Source: a bacterium
Lineage (GTDB): Bacteria > SZUA-182 > DTGQ01
DNA length: 64,000 nt
NCBI GenBank assembly: GCA_040752695.1
Contig: JBFMGO010000021.1
Span: 1-64,000 of the forward strand
Reading direction: 5' to 3'
The notes under the pieces were generated by a model, which was given only the letters and a program-made list of their open reading frames with translations, was not told the origin of the DNA and searched no databases. A program made the position numbers and the translations under genes. Position 1 is the stretch's first letter, and every line of letters starts with the position of its first letter. Below are positions 61,127 to 64,000 of this stretch, piece by piece.

Positions 61127-61215
61127 GCCTTATCCTTACTTGGTTCAATAATGCATACAGCCGATACGTTCTTTAGGTTACCAGCCTAAGAACTTTTATC
61201 TTCTTCTCCCCCTTG

Positions 61216-61809
61216 TCATATCGCCGGCAGCCCGAATACCTGGGACGCGGTCAAGAGTGATGACGGACTTACCCCCAGAGCATTCCCGTAGGCCAGTAGA
61301 TACGAGAGATTAGCCAAATCAAACAGGTAAATAGCCTGAGTTGTGGGCAGCGTGGCCGGCGTTGGAGCCAGAATGGAGTAGCCCGGCAGCAAACTGATAG
61401 GAGCAGGGGCTCCGGTAACAGGATCGAGGTATTTGGCCGGAGGCCAGGGATTTATCCCATAGAGCACATCAAAATAGACCAGACCGGTCGGGCTGTTGTA
61501 AAAGAGCCAGGGCGGCTGCTCTCCCATGGGCCAGCCTGTGGCCGGACCTGCCAGGGTCCACCAGTCGGGGTCCCAGGCCAGGGCAGGCTGCACAGGAAGA
61601 ATGGTATTCCGGGTAAGTGAAGTTACAATGGGTGTCGGAGTTCCCGCAGCATTGGACGGCGATAGGACTGGAGACCAAAGCGGCCAGAGGATATTATAAG
61701 GGGGCAAGGGCACCCAGTTCTGGGCCTGCACGGTCGGCTGTCCTGTTGCTAAAAACGAAGACAGAACCATAAGTGCTAAAACCGTATAACAACTTTTTTT
61801 CCTCAACAT
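61216..61809 (-). CDS. Secreted Pro/aromatic-rich paralog 4 (subtype B)
   Basis: ATG 61809 with AGGAGG; VQA|QNWVPLPPYNILWPLWSP...FGLPAI. Confidence 0.85.
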   Translation of the reverse strand: MLRKKSCYTVLALMVLSSFLATGQPTVQAQNWVPLPPYNILWPLWSPVLSPSNAAGTPTPIVTSLTRNTILPVQPALAWDPDWWTLAGPATGWPMGEQPPWLFYNSPTGLVYFDVLYGINPWPPAKYLDPVTGAPAPISLLPGYSILAPTPATLPTTQAIYLFDLANLSYLLAYGNALGVSPSSLLTASQVFGLPAI

Positions 61810-61847
61810 GACTATTTTCCTCCTCATTCTTCTGCATTCACCGAAGG

Positions 61848-62402
61848 TTATATAGGCGGTAGTCCCCATATCTGAGCTGCGGTCAGCAGATTGAGAAAGT
61901 CCGCTCCTGTGACACCGTAAGACAATGCGTAGGTTGCATTAGCCAGAGGTATGTAGTACTCCAGATGGGCCAGGGATGTCGGTAAGAGGAGGGTCCATGT
62001 AGACAGCAAGGTAATCGGAGCTGGAGCACCGGTAGCAGGGTCGAGCATATAACTGGGCGGCCAGGGATTCATACCGTAAACCTGATCAAAATAAGTGAGA
62101 CCGCCCCCAAAAGCGATTGGAGTGTTATATATGGCCCAGGGTGTGACTTGGGCGGGGTCCCAGACCAATCCCGGCTGTGTGGGGAGCACGGTGTTTTTGG
62201 TTATGCTGCTTACCAGAGGAGTAGCTAAGCCGGTAGCGGGATTGACCGGAGACAGGGCTGGTGACCATAAGGGCCACAGGACATTATAAGGAGGCATGAT
62301 TTGCCAATTGGCTGCCCCAGCCGATGAAACAATCAATAAACCCAAAATGCACAATACGATAAAGGTAAATGTTAATGCAAGGGATTTCCTTTCTTTAAAC
62401 AT
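61848..62402 (-). CDS. Secreted Pro/aromatic-rich paralog 3 (subtype A)
   Basis: ATG 62402 with AAGGAG; AGA|ANWQIMPPYNVLWPLWSP...WGLPPI. Confidence 0.85.
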   Translation of the reverse strand: MFKERKSLALTFTFIVLCILGLLIVSSAGAANWQIMPPYNVLWPLWSPALSPVNPATGLATPLVSSITKNTVLPTQPGLVWDPAQVTPWAIYNTPIAFGGGLTYFDQVYGMNPWPPSYMLDPATGAPAPITLLSTWTLLLPTSLAHLEYYIPLANATYALSYGVTGADFLNLLTAAQIWGLPPI

Positions 62403-62524
62403 AGGTGAATCTCCTTTTGGATCTGAACAAATCAAGTCTTGAGAAAATGTCGTTAAGCCGTATTTTTTCCGAGCTAAAAACAATCCCCAAATCCATAATC
62501 TTCCTAAAAGATAAAGAGACACCT

Positions 62525-63091
62525 CTAAATGGGAGGAAGACCCCAGATATCGGCATAGGTCAGTAATGAGGATGAGTTTACACCAAGGTTGAAACCGTAA
62601 CCGAGCAGGTAGGTCAAATTGGCCAATTCTATCAATGCCAGGTTTGTCTCTTTCAGCAATGGTAAGGAGAGAAAGGTATAGTCGGGTGGCAGGGTGAGGG
62701 GAACGGGTGCTCCCGTCGTTGGATCGAGCAGCTTGGCAGGAGGCCAGGGATTGAGGCCATAGACAATATCATAAAAAACCACGCCCGTTGGAGTGTTATA
62801 AAAGAGATAGGGGAATACCGTACCCATCGGCCCGGTGTAGGTAGGGGTAGGATTCATGGCCAGCACAGGCTGCACTGGGAGTATGGTATTGCGGGAAAGT
62901 TCGGGGATCAGGGGAGTGGGTAAACCGGTAACCGGGCTTTTCGGCGACAGGGTGGGAGACCACAAAGGCCAGAGGATGTTGTACGGCGGCAAAGCCTGCC
63001 AGTTCTGAGCCCAGGCAGAAGAAATGATACCTGCCCCCAGAATGATCGAAAGAACAGCGAGAAAGGTCACATATAATCTTTTCATACGCAT
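62525..63091 (-). CDS. Secreted Pro/aromatic-rich paralog 2 (subtype B)
   Basis: AAGGAG RBS; AWA|QNWQALPPYNILWPLWSP...WGLPPI. Confidence 0.85.
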   Translation of the reverse strand: MRMKRLYVTFLAVLSIILGAGIISSAWAQNWQALPPYNILWPLWSPTLSPKSPVTGLPTPLIPELSRNTILPVQPVLAMNPTPTYTGPMGTVFPYLFYNTPTGVVFYDIVYGLNPWPPAKLLDPTTGAPVPLTLPPDYTFLSLPLLKETNLALIELANLTYLLGYGFNLGVNSSSLLTYADIWGLPPI

Positions 63092-63113
63092 AAGCTGTTT
63101 CTCCTTTTTTAGC

Positions 63114-63656
63114 CTACAGTGGAGGCAATCCCCAGATAGAAGCGCTGGTCAAAAGGCTCGTTAACGGGACTCCATACTGATACGAGTAAACGGCATTGGC
63201 CAGGGGGACATAATATTCAAGTCCCTTTAAAGCGGTTGGCAAGAGAACTGACCAGCTCAGAGGCAGGGTGATCGGCTTCGGAGCCCCGCTCACAGCATCG
63301 ACCATATAGCTTGGCGGCCAGGGATTCAGACCATAATACAGATCAAAGTATAATAATCCGCCTCCAAAAGCCGTCGGAGTATTATAGAGTGCCCACGGAA
63401 CCCCGGTACCGGCTGGCTGAAGCGGGTCCCAGGCCAGGGCAGGCTGCACCGGAAGTATGGTATTCCTGGTGAGATTCGTTACCAGAGGAGTACCTCCCGG
63501 CGACAGGGCTGGAGACCAGAGTGGCCACAGGACATTATAAGGAGGCATGGCAGCCCAATTGGCCTGCGCCTGCACCAGGGCAGGAAGAAGGATACTTATG
63601 CTGATTAAGGTAATAAAAATAAAGAGAAAAATGACAGCTTTCTTTCCTTTAAACAT
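63114..63656 (-). CDS. Secreted Pro/aromatic-rich paralog 1 (subtype A)
   Basis: GAGGTG RBS; VQA|QANWAAMPPYNVLWPLWSP...WGLPPL. Confidence 0.85.
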   Translation of the reverse strand: MFKGKKAVIFLFIFITLISISILLPALVQAQANWAAMPPYNVLWPLWSPALSPGGTPLVTNLTRNTILPVQPALAWDPLQPAGTGVPWALYNTPTAFGGGLLYFDLYYGLNPWPPSYMVDAVSGAPKPITLPLSWSVLLPTALKGLEYYVPLANAVYSYQYGVPLTSLLTSASIWGLPPL

Positions 63657-63691
63657 ACGTCACCTCGTAATCATGAACGTAAACCTTGTGA

Positions 63692-63711
63692 ATCGATAGT
63701 TATCGATAGTT
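63692..63711. repeat. 10-nt tandem duplication upstream of paralog array
   Basis: atcgatagtt x2. Confidence 0.7.
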
Positions 63712-64000
63712 AATGGTTGTCATAACGATGAGAAACATGTAAAATATTTATTCATTTTTGAAAAGTTGACATTCCCCCTTTCTGGATGCTTCGATGATGC
63801 CTTTGGTCGGGTCCTTACGGTATCTGTAAAGGTGTCCGGAAGGGGGTCTAAGCCTTCCTTGCTGTTTTACAAAGATCATCATGTGCAATTACCTGTGAAA
63901 TGGTGGTTACATGAAGGTACAAGATAGAAAAACGAAGGGTCTCTTATGGCCTCACCTCCTTTTTATCATGATCACCTTCAGGCAAATCAGCCAAAAGGTG

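Noticed and set aside
61216..63656. Paralog array as RiPP precursors or type IV pilins
   Set aside because: Too long for RiPP precursors, Sec/SPI signals, no G|FxxxE prepilin motif and no adjacent modifying enzymes
63951..63964. CTCACCTCCTTTT resembling the 16S rRNA 3' end
   Set aside because: No rRNA sequence precedes it; it is an SD-like AGGAGGTGA on the minus strand with no convincing ORF
63657..64000. c-di-GMP riboswitch upstream of the array
   Set aside because: No GGCAAA..GAAA..GACGCAAA class I pattern on the minus strand

Overview
Bacterial chromosome segment from a diderm (LptF/G, BamD, TonB-ExbBD, FadL-like barrel) and probably anaerobic organism (tetraheme cytochrome c3, late futalosine-type menaquinone genes). 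I cannot assign the lineage from sequence alone. Most of the window is housekeeping, envelope and signalling genes: mqnP/ubiX/menG/mqnL, tRNA-Arg(CCG), tsaE, ispG, queD, a phoH-HD-ybeY-dgkA-corC operon, mtaB, proS, trpB2, bamD, hisI, two TA pairs, PAS kinases and many proteases. The best candidate for an undescribed system is at the right end: four tandem secreted, Pro/Trp/Tyr-rich, charge-poor paralogs of two alternating subtypes (A-B-A-B). On the same strand they are followed by a Tyr-rich secreted protein, a Thr-nucleophile sulfatase-fold/TPR protein and a cohesin-like protein with an aromatic low-complexity tail. Similar low-complexity tracts occur on a subtilase and an 896-aa secreted protein, both preceded by sigma54-like promoters, suggesting a self-assembling extracellular matrix or sheath programme (inference). 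Other points: a PilZ-PilT fusion, a TPR protein with a TonB-box-like motif beside tonB-exbBD, an unlisted 37-codon lipopeptide ORF, a cytochrome c3 with a CX3CH motif, and many short tandem duplications. No rRNA, CRISPR array or intact transposase was seen. All product calls come from motif recognition by eye, not database searches.
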